Assembly (NCBI GenBank): GCA_014239775.1
Contig: JAAZYG010000005.1
Span: forward strand, 6,746-70,745
DNA length: 64,000 nucleotides
Reading direction: 5' to 3'
DNA from: Candidatus Uhrbacteria bacterium
Lineage (GTDB): Bacteria > Patescibacteriota > Patescibacteriia > UBA9934 > GWF2-40-263
Part shown: positions 46,099-56,808 of the stretch, one piece after another
Layout of the letters: each line of letters opens with the position of its first letter
How positions within the stretch are numbered: the first letter of the stretch is position 1
Notes under the pieces: generated by a model
The model's input: only the letters and a program-made list of their open reading frames with translations
What the model was told of the DNA's origin: nothing
Databases searched by the model: none
Translations under genes and position numbers: made by a program

Positions 46099-47314
46099 AA
46101 AAGATTGAACAAGCGTATTTTAATTGCTTATATAACTCCTTAAGATTAAGTGAACTTTTACAAAACTCTGACTTAACAAGCACCAAACGCCCAATCACAG
46201 ACTCAAGGATTTGATGTCTGAAACCCTCATCAAGACGCTGTCCTGTAAACACATCTGCTCGAGTCAATACATCATACACACCAACAAGACGTTTATGTAT
46301 AAATTCAATTCTTTGACTTGAAATAACTTGTTTTTGATTTTGATACCATGCAACAATCAATAAAATTTCCTCAAGAACCCAATGTTGTTGAAGTAAAATC
46401 ATAGATCTATATACTCGCCTCAAAGCATCGCCAGCAGACGTCATCATTGATGCGTTCAATTGATCAGCAGCACTCGACATTAAATGCGATGCTTCCTGCA
46501 AATCCAACACAACATAACTCAAAGAACGTTTAAATGGTCGTATAGAAATCTGATGCACCTCATTAGAATAACAATCAATATTTTCTACAGCCTTGCGCAC
46601 CAAACTATTAGTTCTTGAGTGACCAAATAGTTCATTCGAGTTCAATAATTCCATGACATATGAGCGTATACTAATGCATTTTTCATGTAATTGAGCAAGA
46701 TAAACCTCCAAAACGACTGCCCTGTGCTCCATTATTCTTCCAACACCACGCAGACTATGAATGGCCTGTAAATATTCACGTGATCTTTTTAAAATTTTAG
46801 GACCAATCTCTCTACCAGATACTGAGCTGTTATGTACAACTAAATCTAAATCTAGTTGTACTGGATACCAAATAAAACCCACACCATCTTCGGAACACAC
46901 ATTAGATAAAATCCAGGACATATTTTCTAAATCAAAATTAGATCCTGATAAATGCTTTACTTCATGATGAGACAACAAATGATATTTCGGATTAATACGA
47001 CTATATGCTCGTCTTAAATCATTTATTGATCTAAACTGTTGAAAAACATGATCTTGCCTTAATGCTAAATTCTGTTTAACCCTTGCGGTTAGCCCCATGT
47101 TCCTACTTAAAATATGACCAACAAACACACCACCAACATTCTCTCTTGCAACATACAAAGTGTTATTAACGAGAATTTCAAGTTTAATATTTTCTATTAA
47201 AGCAGGTTCTTTTTTATTAGAACCTTTAGCTGATGCCATTATCGTTAAATCACGACGTATAATTACCGGATTGCTTAAATTAGGCCAAACAACCCTAGGT
47301 TCACTTTTTGTCAA
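46097..47314 (-). CDS. hypothetical protein with atypical composition (TTG start, strong SD)
   Basis: GGAAGGAGG SD 9 nt upstream of the TTG. The protein is Leu/Arg/Ser/Val/His-rich and the gene is visibly more G+C-rich than the host genes. I recognise no motif. Confidence 0.45.
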   Translation of the reverse strand: MTKSEPRVVWPNLSNPVIIRRDLTIMASAKGSNKKEPALIENIKLEILVNNTLYVARENVGGVFVGHILSRNMGLTARVKQNLALRQDHVFQQFRSINDLRRAYSRINPKYHLLSHHEVKHLSGSNFDLENMSWILSNVCSEDGVGFIWYPVQLDLDLVVHNSSVSGREIGPKILKRSREYLQAIHSLRGVGRIMEHRAVVLEVYLAQLHEKCISIRSYVMELLNSNELFGHSRTNSLVRKAVENIDCYSNEVHQISIRPFKRSLSYVVLDLQEASHLMSSAADQLNASMMTSAGDALRRVYRSMILLQQHWVLEEILLIVAWYQNQKQVISSQRIEFIHKRLVGVYDVLTRADVFTGQRLDEGFRHQILESVIGRLVLVKSEFCKSSLNLKELYKQLKYACSIF

Positions 47315-47407
47315 TGTACCACACCTCCTTCCACCTCATCACTAAACAACTGATGAGAGAAACGATTTAATCACCTAAAATACATATTGTCAATAAATAA
47401 TTATTGT

Positions 47408-48436
47408 TTATTTTAGATATTTATATTTATTATCAATATGTTCACTAAATGTTTTTGAATATATAACTTCCCCTTCTTTTGTGGTTAAAAAGTATAAATA
47501 ATCTGAATCAATAGGATTTAATACTGCAATTACTGCATTCATGCCTGGATTGCTAATTGGCCCAATAGGTAACCCTAAATTTTTATAAGTATTATAAGGT
47601 GAATCAATCTTACTATCAGTTAATAATATTGATGCGTCTTTTTTTCCAGTAACGTAATTTACAGTTGAATCAGCCTGTAAAGCCATTCCTATTTTTAATC
47701 TAGTCAAAAATATACCAGCAACAATCTTCATATCTTCTGCGCCACGCACCTCTCTTTCAATAATCGATGCAAGTATTATCAAATCATGTAAAGACATTTT
47801 ATTTTCCATGATTAAATCTTCAGGTATGACTATATTATTTTCTAAAAATCTATTTTTTAAATTCTTTATCATTGTATCAACAATGACAGAAGAACTTGCA
47901 TCTTCTCTAAATCTATATGTATCTGGAAATAAATACCCTTCCAGAGTTTGCCCTACTGGAATTGACGACAATAAATTACCTTCTGCAGCAACAGTTCTTC
48001 CATTAACACCTGTTACAGTAGACCAATCTTTCTCTTTAATATGCCCAAATTTTTCGGTAATAAGTAATCCAATTTGTGCAATTGTATATCCTTCTGGAAT
48101 TGTAATTGAAACATCCTTAGATTGAGCATGAAGTAATTTTGAAACCAATGTTTGATAATTAGTATTTTTTTGAAGTGTAAAATTACCAGCCTGCAATGAC
48201 CCACCTGACTTTAAAAACCATATGTACGTTTTAAATAAAAACGAACTACTAATTACACCAACTTCTTTAAGGTCATTACTAATATCATCTACTGATGCAC
48301 CTGGTTCTACTATAAACTGTATATCTTCTGCATCCTTGTCTGGTTCAATAATAAAAGCATCCCAAAACATAGAACCTCCAAGAGCTAATACAACAAAGAA
48401 TAAAATACCAATTAAAATTCCTATAAAACGCAACAT
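47408..48436 (-). CDS. mltG: endolytic murein transglycosylase MltG (YceG-like)
   Basis: N-terminal TM helix, FIVEPGAS...I...L...GVI (LysM-like), and the C-terminal YceG catalytic region ...EREVR.... Confidence 0.7.
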   Translation of the reverse strand: MLRFIGILIGILFFVVLALGGSMFWDAFIIEPDKDAEDIQFIVEPGASVDDISNDLKEVGVISSSFLFKTYIWFLKSGGSLQAGNFTLQKNTNYQTLVSKLLHAQSKDVSITIPEGYTIAQIGLLITEKFGHIKEKDWSTVTGVNGRTVAAEGNLLSSIPVGQTLEGYLFPDTYRFREDASSSVIVDTMIKNLKNRFLENNIVIPEDLIMENKMSLHDLIILASIIEREVRGAEDMKIVAGIFLTRLKIGMALQADSTVNYVTGKKDASILLTDSKIDSPYNTYKNLGLPIGPISNPGMNAVIAVLNPIDSDYLYFLTTKEGEVIYSKTFSEHIDNKYKYLK

Positions 48437-48439
48437 AAA

Positions 48440-49510
48440 TTACAACAAACTATCAAGATTATTTTTCTTTAAATGACTAATTAACCCCTTAAGATTTTGT
48501 GAAGAGTTTTTACTGCAAACAAGTAAAGCATCCTCTGAATCAACAATTACGACATCCTCCATTCCTACCACAGCAATAAGTTTATTTTTATTAAAACCAT
48601 AAATCAGCGAACTGTTCGTATCAACCAAAGCACACTCACCTTTTGTCACATTATTTGAATCAACTGATAATCTATCATGCAAAGTATCCCACGCTCCTAT
48701 ATCACTCCAACCAAAGCTTCCTTTAATAATCAAAACATCTTCTGGATTCATATTTTCTGTAACAGCATAATCAAATGAAATTTTGGTAAGTTGTGAATAC
48801 AGACCAGAAATATCACCACCTTTTTTATATTCCTTCTGAATTTCTCTTAAGACACTGCCCATTTCTGGAGAATACTTGTCATATGCTTCTAAAAACTTTT
48901 GCGGTGTCCACATGTAATAACTAGCATGCCATAAATATGACCCATCATCTAAATATTTTTTTGCGGTTTCATAATCAGGTTTTTCATGATGTGATTTAAA
49001 ACCATATATTTCAATATCATCAATTTCATTATGTTTATCTGAAATTTTTGTATAACCCAAAACCGTACTAGGAAATGTAGGTGTAATAGCAATATCTAAT
49101 AACTTACCTGTTGATAAAATCAAAGAATTACCAACACTAAGTGACCGTAAAAAAATTTCTTCATCTCCAATGTAATGATCTGATGGAATAAAAACTATTG
49201 GCTCTTCTGGATCATCAACACCAAGAACAGCAGCAACAAAACCCATTGCAGGACCAGTATCTCGTTTTTCTGGTTCAATCAAAATATTCTTATCATCTAC
49301 ATCAGGGAAAATATCTTTTATAAAACACTCATATGATGGTGAAATAGAAAAATAAATTTTTTCTGATGGAAACATTCTTAATAAGCGTCTATAGGTATCC
49401 TTAATAAGTGGCTCATCGCCCACAAGATCAACAAACTGCTTTGGTCTTGAAACTCTGGATATTGGCCACAACCTTGTACCTGCTCCACCTGCTAAAATTA
49501 CAGCTTTCAT
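48440..49510 (-). CDS. mannose-1-phosphate guanylyltransferase / NDP-sugar pyrophosphorylase
   Basis: MKAVILAGGAGTRLWPISR...PKQF nucleotidyl-transferase signature. Confidence 0.7.
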   Translation of the reverse strand: MKAVILAGGAGTRLWPISRVSRPKQFVDLVGDEPLIKDTYRRLLRMFPSEKIYFSISPSYECFIKDIFPDVDDKNILIEPEKRDTGPAMGFVAAVLGVDDPEEPIVFIPSDHYIGDEEIFLRSLSVGNSLILSTGKLLDIAITPTFPSTVLGYTKISDKHNEIDDIEIYGFKSHHEKPDYETAKKYLDDGSYLWHASYYMWTPQKFLEAYDKYSPEMGSVLREIQKEYKKGGDISGLYSQLTKISFDYAVTENMNPEDVLIIKGSFGWSDIGAWDTLHDRLSVDSNNVTKGECALVDTNSSLIYGFNKNKLIAVVGMEDVVIVDSEDALLVCSKNSSQNLKGLISHLKKNNLDSLL

Positions 49511-49516
49511 AAACTA

Positions 49517-49999
49517 TTAAAATATTATGGTTCCAATTTGTAATGCTAAACCTAAGAAAAAACCAATAAGCGCTCCAGCAAAAATATCACTTAAATAATG
49601 AACTCCAACAGCAACTCTTCCCAGTGCAACAAGTGCTGCACATATCAAAAACGGAACAAATAAATTTACATCAGAAACAAAATATGACAAAAGAGTAAAC
49701 GCAATTGTTGAATGTGCAGACGGAAAACTAGGAGTATTAACAAAAGGCACGACCAACGGTTTAAACTCATGTAATTCGTAGGGTCTTTTACGTCTTACAG
49801 TCTCTGATATTAATACTGATATACCCCACGGTACAAATACAAGTAGGATCAATATTAATTGTTTATTGTAATAATATGCGATAGTAAAACCAAACATTAT
49901 CCACACTAAATGAGCAGCACAAAATACTGCCACATGTTTTAAAAACCATGATGATTTTGCAATATCATAAATTTTCTTTGATACTAAATATCCTGACAT
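49517..49999 (-). CDS. PAP2-family membrane phosphatase
   Basis: KR....PSFPSAHS...GVHYLSDIFAG matches the KxxxxxxRP / PSGH / SRxxxxxHxxxD acid phosphatase motifs. Confidence 0.6.
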   Translation of the reverse strand: MSGYLVSKKIYDIAKSSWFLKHVAVFCAAHLVWIMFGFTIAYYYNKQLILILLVFVPWGISVLISETVRRKRPYELHEFKPLVVPFVNTPSFPSAHSTIAFTLLSYFVSDVNLFVPFLICAALVALGRVAVGVHYLSDIFAGALIGFFLGLALQIGTIIF

Positions 50000-50721
50000 A
50001 TATATAAAACTTCTTTTCTTAAAACCTCCAACTCCTCCTCTCGTCTTATAATATCACTTTCAATCAAATTCGCATCTTTTGGTCTTATTGTATTTTTATC
50101 ACCAAACCCACAATACTGCTTTACAGGACACATCCAACATCTGGGTTTTGATGGTATACATATATACCGACCAAATTTTACAAATACTCTATTAATTAAA
50201 TCATGTGACTTCTTTGGGACTAATTTCAACAAACTACTTTCTGTGTGCAAAGGTATTTTTGTATTCACCCAGCCCATACGATTTGTAACACGATGAACGT
50301 GTGTGTCAACAGCAATTGCTGGTTTGTTGAAACATGCAACCAGTACAACACTTGCAGTTTTTCTACCAACACCAGCAAGTAACACTAAATCATCTATATT
50401 ATCTGGGATTTTACCATTAAAATCCTTCACCACAGTATCAGCCATTTTTTTTAGATTTTTTGCTTTCTGTTTATACATCCCTATTGTGTTTATCATGGAC
50501 TGTATTTCTGAAACTGATGCATCTGCCATTACCTCAACATTAGGATACACCTTAAAAAGATTTGGAAGTAACTTTAACACTTGCTCATCACGAGTTCTGG
50601 CAGATAAAATCACGCCAACTAAAGTTTTATACGGACCCCCAACAACCATCCCGCCAGGATTTTTAAATTGTTCACTTAATTTTTTTAAAACCTTTTCTAT
50701 CTCTAGTTTTGTAACCGACAT
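49984..50721 (-). CDS. nth: endonuclease III (HhH-GPD DNA glycosylase with 4Fe-4S cluster)
   Basis: HhH LAGVGRKTASVV, catalytic AVDTHVHRV, and the Cys cluster CIPSKPRCWMCPVKQYC. Confidence 0.8.
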   Translation of the reverse strand: MSVTKLEIEKVLKKLSEQFKNPGGMVVGGPYKTLVGVILSARTRDEQVLKLLPNLFKVYPNVEVMADASVSEIQSMINTIGMYKQKAKNLKKMADTVVKDFNGKIPDNIDDLVLLAGVGRKTASVVLVACFNKPAIAVDTHVHRVTNRMGWVNTKIPLHTESSLLKLVPKKSHDLINRVFVKFGRYICIPSKPRCWMCPVKQYCGFGDKNTIRPKDANLIESDIIRREEELEVLRKEVLYICQDI

Positions 50722-50726
50722 AAAAA

Positions 50727-52313
50727 TTAAAGTAATGGTTGCCCCGTCATGTCTGCTGGCTGATCTATTCCCATAATAACAAGAATGGTGGGTGCAACAT
50801 CTGCCAGCATTCCTATTGTTGGCATCAATGAAAGATCACCATCTGGAACCTCACCAGCAATTGATGGCTGTCCCTCGTACTTGTTAGAAATAATGATTAA
50901 CGGAACAGGATTTGTTGCATGCTCCTTCAAGGACTCACCTGTTCGTAAGTTTTTAAGTTCTTCTGAATTTCCATGATCTGCAGTAATAAGAACAGAACCG
51001 TCACGTCCAAGTACCTCTGTAACTATTTTTCCGATGCACTCATCTACAACCTCTATTCCCTTTTTTGCTGCATCAAAATTTCCAGTATGCCCAACCATGT
51101 CTGGATTGGCAAAGTTTAAAACTATAAAATCATACTTATTTTCTTGTAACTCTTTTATTGTTTTTTCTGCCAAAACTCTGGCACTCATTTCTGGTTTTAA
51201 ATCATAAGTTGCAACTTTTGGAGAAGGTACAAGAACTCTATCTTCACCCTCAAAAGGATCTTCGTGTGTGCCATTTAAAAAGAAAGTTACATGAGCATAT
51301 TTTTCTGTTTCTGCAATATGCAACTGAGAAAGTCCATTTTTTGATATAACTTCCGCTAAACAATTATTTATTACCACTGGTTCAAACGCAACCTCAACTG
51401 GCAAATCTTTTTCATATTCTGCCATAGTAACAAAAAATAAATTTTCTTTCTTAACACGCTCAAACCCATCAAAATCATCTGACACAAAAGCACTTGTTAT
51501 TTGACGCGCTCGATCTGGTCTAAAATTAAAAAATATAACCGCATCATTATCATCAATTGTAGCAACAGGTTTTGATCCTTTTTTTAATACAGTAGGCAAA
51601 AACCCCTCATCATACACCTCATTTGTGTATGATTCTTTTAATGCTTCCATTGAATCTGTTGCTTCTTTACCAACACCAGACACCATTGCATCATATGCTT
51701 TTTTAACTCTATCCCACCTATTGTCTCTGTCCATTGTAAAATACCTACCAACCAATGTTGCAATACTACCAAGCTTTAGCTCTTCAATTTTTTCTTGTAG
51801 ACCACCAATAAAATCGGGTGCGGAATTATAAACTGTATCTCTGCCATCTAATATTGCATGTATAAATACTTTTTTTAATTTATGCTTCTTTGCAAGCTCT
51901 AATAATGCAAATGCATGTGCATCCACTCCATGAACACCACCAGAACTAATTAGTCCCAATATGTGTAATTTACTTTTGTTTTTCTTTACATGCTCTATCG
52001 CTCCTAAAAAGGATTCATTCTCAAAAAATTCACCGCTTGATATTGAACGATTTATTCTTGGAAATGTTTGATAATAAACACGACCAGCACCAATTGATAA
52101 ATGACCGACCTCTGAATTCCCCATCTCACCCCATGACAAACCAACCTCCTCACCAGACGCCTTCAGTGTCATTGCAGGGTACTTCTGAATATAACTATCA
52201 AAATTTGGTGTATTAGCTTGCTGAATTGCATTACCATCTCCACCAGGTGCAACACCAAAACCGTCTATTACAATTAAAACGGTTGGTTTTTTTATAGAAT
52301 CTGGTTGCTCCAT
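50727..52313 (-). CDS. gpmI: 2,3-bisphosphoglycerate-independent phosphoglycerate mutase
   Basis: N-terminal LIVIDGFG, central SGGVHG, and C-terminal ITADHGN. Confidence 0.85.
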   Translation of the reverse strand: MEQPDSIKKPTVLIVIDGFGVAPGGDGNAIQQANTPNFDSYIQKYPAMTLKASGEEVGLSWGEMGNSEVGHLSIGAGRVYYQTFPRINRSISSGEFFENESFLGAIEHVKKNKSKLHILGLISSGGVHGVDAHAFALLELAKKHKLKKVFIHAILDGRDTVYNSAPDFIGGLQEKIEELKLGSIATLVGRYFTMDRDNRWDRVKKAYDAMVSGVGKEATDSMEALKESYTNEVYDEGFLPTVLKKGSKPVATIDDNDAVIFFNFRPDRARQITSAFVSDDFDGFERVKKENLFFVTMAEYEKDLPVEVAFEPVVINNCLAEVISKNGLSQLHIAETEKYAHVTFFLNGTHEDPFEGEDRVLVPSPKVATYDLKPEMSARVLAEKTIKELQENKYDFIVLNFANPDMVGHTGNFDAAKKGIEVVDECIGKIVTEVLGRDGSVLITADHGNSEELKNLRTGESLKEHATNPVPLIIISNKYEGQPSIAGEVPDGDLSLMPTIGMLADVAPTILVIMGIDQPADMTGQPLL

Positions 52314-52315
52314 AC

Positions 52316-53575
52316 CTACCTTACTTCTTCTTCAATTTCTAATAATCGATTATATTTTGCCAACCTTTCTGATCTGGATAAAGATCCTGTTTTTATAAAT
52401 TCTGCATTAACCGCAACTGCTAAATCCGCAATTGTTGTATCGCTTGTCTCTCCGGATCTATGTGATACAGAAATTTTATATTTAAATTGTTGAGCTAAAA
52501 CTATTGCATCAATTGCTTCTGACAAACTTCCGATCTGATTCACTTTAATTAATACTGCATTTGCTGCACCCATATCAATTCCTTTCCTGATCCTGGCTGA
52601 ATTTGTAACAAATAAATCATCGCCAACAATTGCTATATCTTTACCTAATTTTTTTGTCATATCAACCCAACCTTCAAAGTCATCTTGATCAAGCCCATCC
52701 TCAATTGAAATAATAGGATACTTCTTAATCCAAGACTCCCACAACTTTATCATTTGTTGAGCAGACATATATTTTCCATCTACCTTTAATCTATACTTAT
52801 TATCCTTCTTAACATACACCTCGGAAACAGCTGGATCCAATGCCAAAAAAACATCTTTACCTGCTGTATAACCAGCTTTTTTAATAGCTAGCATTATCAA
52901 CTTAATTGCATCTTCATTTTTTTTCAAAGCAGCAGAATAACCACCTTCATCTCCTTTAAGTGTTGAATGTCCTTTTTTCCTTAATATATCACCTAATGCA
53001 TGAAATACTTCTGCACCACACCTAACACGCTCTTTAAATAATCGTTGCTGTGGAACTATCATAAATTCTTGAAAATCCAAACTCCACCCAGCATGTGCGC
53101 CACCATTTAATACATTCATTGTTGCAATTGGAAGTTTGTATTTTTTATATTGTAAATCAAATGCCAATCGTAAATAAGAATAAAGTGGCATCTTTTTTGC
53201 CTTTGCTGCTGTATGTGCACACGCCAACGAAACTCCCAAAATAGCATTAGCACCTAATTTTCTTTTATTAATAGTCCCATCCAATAATAACATTTTCTCA
53301 TCAATACCTCGTTGGTCCGTCACATCCATTCCACGCAATGCTTTTGCTATTTTTGTATTTACATTTTTAACAGCCTTCAAAACACCTTTTCCACGATATC
53401 TACTTTTATCTCCATCACGTAATTCTAATGCCTCATGAATTCCAGTCGAAGCACCACTGGGAACAGACGCACTACTAACAGTTCCGTCTTTAAGCATTAT
53501 GGATACATTTAGGGTTGGATTACCTCTTGAGTCTAAAATTTCATGAGCATGAATTGTTTCTATTTTATATGACAT
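52316..53575 (-). CDS. eno: enolase
   Basis: ILDSRGNPT, SGASTGIHEA, and IKVNQIGSLSEA. Confidence 0.9.
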   Translation of the reverse strand: MSYKIETIHAHEILDSRGNPTLNVSIMLKDGTVSSASVPSGASTGIHEALELRDGDKSRYRGKGVLKAVKNVNTKIAKALRGMDVTDQRGIDEKMLLLDGTINKRKLGANAILGVSLACAHTAAKAKKMPLYSYLRLAFDLQYKKYKLPIATMNVLNGGAHAGWSLDFQEFMIVPQQRLFKERVRCGAEVFHALGDILRKKGHSTLKGDEGGYSAALKKNEDAIKLIMLAIKKAGYTAGKDVFLALDPAVSEVYVKKDNKYRLKVDGKYMSAQQMIKLWESWIKKYPIISIEDGLDQDDFEGWVDMTKKLGKDIAIVGDDLFVTNSARIRKGIDMGAANAVLIKVNQIGSLSEAIDAIVLAQQFKYKISVSHRSGETSDTTIADLAVAVNAEFIKTGSLSRSERLAKYNRLLEIEEEVR

Positions 53576-53578
53576 AGA

Positions 53579-54796
53579 CTAGTTTTTTATTTTTAATACC
53601 TCTAAACCTGGAAGTTTCTTTCCAGCTAAAAATTTTAACATCGCGGAACCACCTGTGGATAATAACGTAAACTTATCGGCAATTTTTAATCTTTCAAGCA
53701 CGGGAACGGTATCACCACCACCAACTATCGTAACTGCTGAAGACGTCTTATTTGCAATGGCTTTTGCAATAAATTTAGTTCCAGCACAAAACGTATTTAT
53801 TTCACAATACCCCATAGGTCCGTTATAAACAATTACTTTTGCATGTTCAATAATAGACTTATACAGAACTCTTGTTTTTGGGCCAATGTCAACAATTCTA
53901 TCTGTCTTATTTAGACTATCAGGTGCCTTAACCTCTAATTTTGCATCTTTTCTCAATGATCTAACAACCACAACATCTATTGGAAGAATTAACTTTTTAC
54001 CTAAATGACTTATTGCATTTTTAGCCTCATCAATACCCAACTCATCAAACACAGATCTGCCAATCTCTAATCCCTCTGCTGCAAAGAAAGTATTAGCAAG
54101 TGCACCACCAATCAACACATTACTCGCTTGCTTTTCAAAATTTTTAATAACAGGCATTTTTGTTTGAACTTTTAAACCACCCATTATGACAACAAAAGGT
54201 TCCTTGGTATTTTTATTCAACTTACTTAATACAGAGACTTCATTAGAAAGAAGAGGTCCTGCATATGCTGGAATCTCTTTTGTAATGCCAGACACAGAAG
54301 CATGTTCTCTGTGAGATACAGAAAAAGCATCATTTACATACATATCAGCAAGTACTGACAATTCCTTTGTAAAATCAGACGAATTTTGTTTTTCTCTTAA
54401 ATCAAATCTTATGTTTTCTAATAAAATAATTTCACCTTCGTTCATTTTTTCAACAATATTTTCAACATCAGATCCTGTAATTGATTTAGATAATTTGATC
54501 TTTACACCTATTAAATTAGATAACCTTTTAGCAACAGGCTTTAAAGAATAAGATGCTGTACGACGCCCATTTGGTCTTCCTAAATGAGACATTATTATTA
54601 CTTTTGCACCTCTTTGTGACAACCAGTTTATACCAACAGCTGCTTTTGCAATTCTGCCGTTTGGACCATCTACAGCCTTACCTTTTTTAATGGGTACATT
54701 AGCATCAATTCTAACCAAAACACGCTTGCCTTTTAAATTCATGTCTGACCTAATTTTTTTAAGCTGCATAGATTGACATAATATCACGTAACACAA
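53579..54796 (-). CDS. pgk: phosphoglycerate kinase
   Basis: RVDANVP, IMSHLGRP, and GGGDT. The true start is probably the internal MNLKGKR. Confidence 0.9.
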   Translation of the reverse strand: MCYVILCQSMQLKKIRSDMNLKGKRVLVRIDANVPIKKGKAVDGPNGRIAKAAVGINWLSQRGAKVIIMSHLGRPNGRRTASYSLKPVAKRLSNLIGVKIKLSKSITGSDVENIVEKMNEGEIILLENIRFDLREKQNSSDFTKELSVLADMYVNDAFSVSHREHASVSGITKEIPAYAGPLLSNEVSVLSKLNKNTKEPFVVIMGGLKVQTKMPVIKNFEKQASNVLIGGALANTFFAAEGLEIGRSVFDELGIDEAKNAISHLGKKLILPIDVVVVRSLRKDAKLEVKAPDSLNKTDRIVDIGPKTRVLYKSIIEHAKVIVYNGPMGYCEINTFCAGTKFIAKAIANKTSSAVTIVGGGDTVPVLERLKIADKFTLLSTGGSAMLKFLAGKKLPGLEVLKIKN

Positions 54797-54815
54797 ACTA
54801 CGTACTATTTAAAAC

Positions 54816-55739
54816 TTAATAATGAATGTTTAAATTAACAATCTCTGGAGGAACAAACAACCTAGCCCTGGGACCAGTTTCACTTATCCCTGAAGTTATA
54901 AATAACTGCTGATCATTGTACCTAAACAATCCCCTGTCGTATTTTTTGCCTAAGTCAGTTGGAATTTTTGGTACTGCCCCTAAAAATGGTAAACGTATCT
55001 GACCACCGTGTGTATGTCCTGCGATTACCAAATCTGCCATTTTAGAATCAGAAAATAAAATAATATCTGGATTGTGAGTTAACAAAATAACATTCTGATC
55101 CTCCGACACACCCTCCATTGCAACACCTGGTGATGCTCCATACCAAACATCAGAGACGCCAGCAACTACAATCTCTTTATTATTTATATCTATTATCTCA
55201 GATCTGTTATTTAAAATTTTGAAGCCTATTTCATGAAGTTTATCCTCAACAATTCCAATACTACCATCGAGATTATCATGATTGCCTGTAACAACATAAA
55301 CACCCATTGGAGCAACTATACCAGCCAATGGATTTAACATATCTACCTCTGATGAAGAATTAGAAATAAAATCGCCAACAATAAAAACAATATCCGGTTT
55401 TTGTTTGTTTATATTTTTTACAACGTAATCAACCCATCTTTCATCTTTATATGGACCAACATGAATATCAGATAAAACAACTGCCTGTATGATTTCCGTT
55501 ACTTCATTAGACAAATATACTTCCTTTTCATTAACAACCAAGAGTCTTGGCTCAATGTAGCTGCCGTAAAAAATCACTAACCAACTAAAAATAAGTACCC
55601 ATAATGATATAGACACTAACCATTGCTGTTTATAACTTTGTTTATGTAGTAATAAATGAAGAAATAATACAGCAACAAAAAAAAGAAAAGAAACAATTAT
55701 AAACTCAAAACCGAACCACATACTATAGTTTGCCAACAT
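54816..55739 (-). CDS. membrane-anchored calcineurin-like metallophosphoesterase
   Basis: N-terminal TM helices, with DIHVG, GDF, GNHD and GHTHGGQ motifs. Confidence 0.6.
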   Translation of the reverse strand: MLANYSMWFGFEFIIVSFLFFVAVLFLHLLLHKQSYKQQWLVSISLWVLIFSWLVIFYGSYIEPRLLVVNEKEVYLSNEVTEIIQAVVLSDIHVGPYKDERWVDYVVKNINKQKPDIVFIVGDFISNSSSEVDMLNPLAGIVAPMGVYVVTGNHDNLDGSIGIVEDKLHEIGFKILNNRSEIIDINNKEIVVAGVSDVWYGASPGVAMEGVSEDQNVILLTHNPDIILFSDSKMADLVIAGHTHGGQIRLPFLGAVPKIPTDLGKKYDRGLFRYNDQQLFITSGISETGPRARLFVPPEIVNLNIHY

Positions 55740-56730
55740 GCTCTGTCATATCAAGCAGCATTGTAGAGTACCCCCATTCATTGTCATACCATGCAAGTAC
55801 TTTAACCAAGTCTCCATCAACAACACGTATCATGTCTAAATCTACAACAGAAGCAAAAGGTGATTGAATAAAATCTGTAGAAACAAGAGGTAAGTTAGTA
55901 ACACCAACAACCTTTTTCCATCGTGCACTTTTAGACGCTTTTTTAAACGCACTCTGAACATCCACAAGAGTGGTCTTCTTTTTTGTAACAAAAGTAAAAT
56001 CAGTCAATGAAACATCAAGTGATGGAACACGGACAGATATACCATCAAACTTATTTTTCAATGACTTTACAACCTTAGTAGTTGCATTTGCTGCTCCAGT
56101 AGACGTTGGTACAATATTAGAAAAACCAGCACGTGCACGTCTCAAATCCGGTTTATGCCTTGGTGGTATGCCATCAACCATATTTTGTTGCGCAGTTACT
56201 GAATGAATAGTTGTAAGCATAGCCTTCTTAACACCAAAAGACTCATGCATAATCTGTGCAATTGGTGCAACTGAGTTTGTAGTACAAGAAGCATTGTTTA
56301 CAATTGTATTTCCTTTTTTACATTTTTTATGATTAACACCCATTAAAAATGCAGGAGTTGTTTTTGAAGGTGCACTAATTACAACTTTTTTTGCACCAGC
56401 TTTTTGATGCTTGGCCGCATCCTTTTTGTCAGTAAAAATACCAGTTGATTCTATTACAACATCTATCTTATGTTCCCCCCAAGGTAATTGTGCTGGATCT
56501 TTTTCTGAATAAACAGGGATCTTTTTCCCATCAATTATAATGTTATTTTTATCCGCCTGAACATCATGATTCCATGTACGAAAAACTGTATCGTACTTTA
56601 ATAAATGAGCTAAAATATGCGGATCAGTAAGATCGTTTACTGCAACGAATTTTATATTCTTTCTATCCCAGCCTGCACGTAAAGTCGTACGACCAATACG
56701 CCCAAAACCATTTATGGCAACTCTTAACAT
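55723..56730 (-). CDS. gap: glyceraldehyde-3-phosphate dehydrogenase
   Basis: INGFGRIGR and the catalytic ASCTTN. Confidence 0.9.
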   Translation of the reverse strand: MLRVAINGFGRIGRTTLRAGWDRKNIKFVAVNDLTDPHILAHLLKYDTVFRTWNHDVQADKNNIIIDGKKIPVYSEKDPAQLPWGEHKIDVVIESTGIFTDKKDAAKHQKAGAKKVVISAPSKTTPAFLMGVNHKKCKKGNTIVNNASCTTNSVAPIAQIMHESFGVKKAMLTTIHSVTAQQNMVDGIPPRHKPDLRRARAGFSNIVPTSTGAANATTKVVKSLKNKFDGISVRVPSLDVSLTDFTFVTKKKTTLVDVQSAFKKASKSARWKKVVGVTNLPLVSTDFIQSPFASVVDLDMIRVVDGDLVKVLAWYDNEWGYSTMLLDMTEHVGKL

Positions 56731-56770
56731 AATTGTTTATAAATATAGATAAATAATATTTACATTTTAA

Positions 56771-56797
56771 CATAAAAACGCCCCATTAGGGACGCTT
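56771..56797 (-). terminator. intrinsic terminator after tsf
   Basis: The minus strand reads gcgtccc-taat-ggggcgt followed by TTTTTAT. Confidence 0.45.
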
Positions 56798-56808
56798 TGT
56801 GTATCTAT

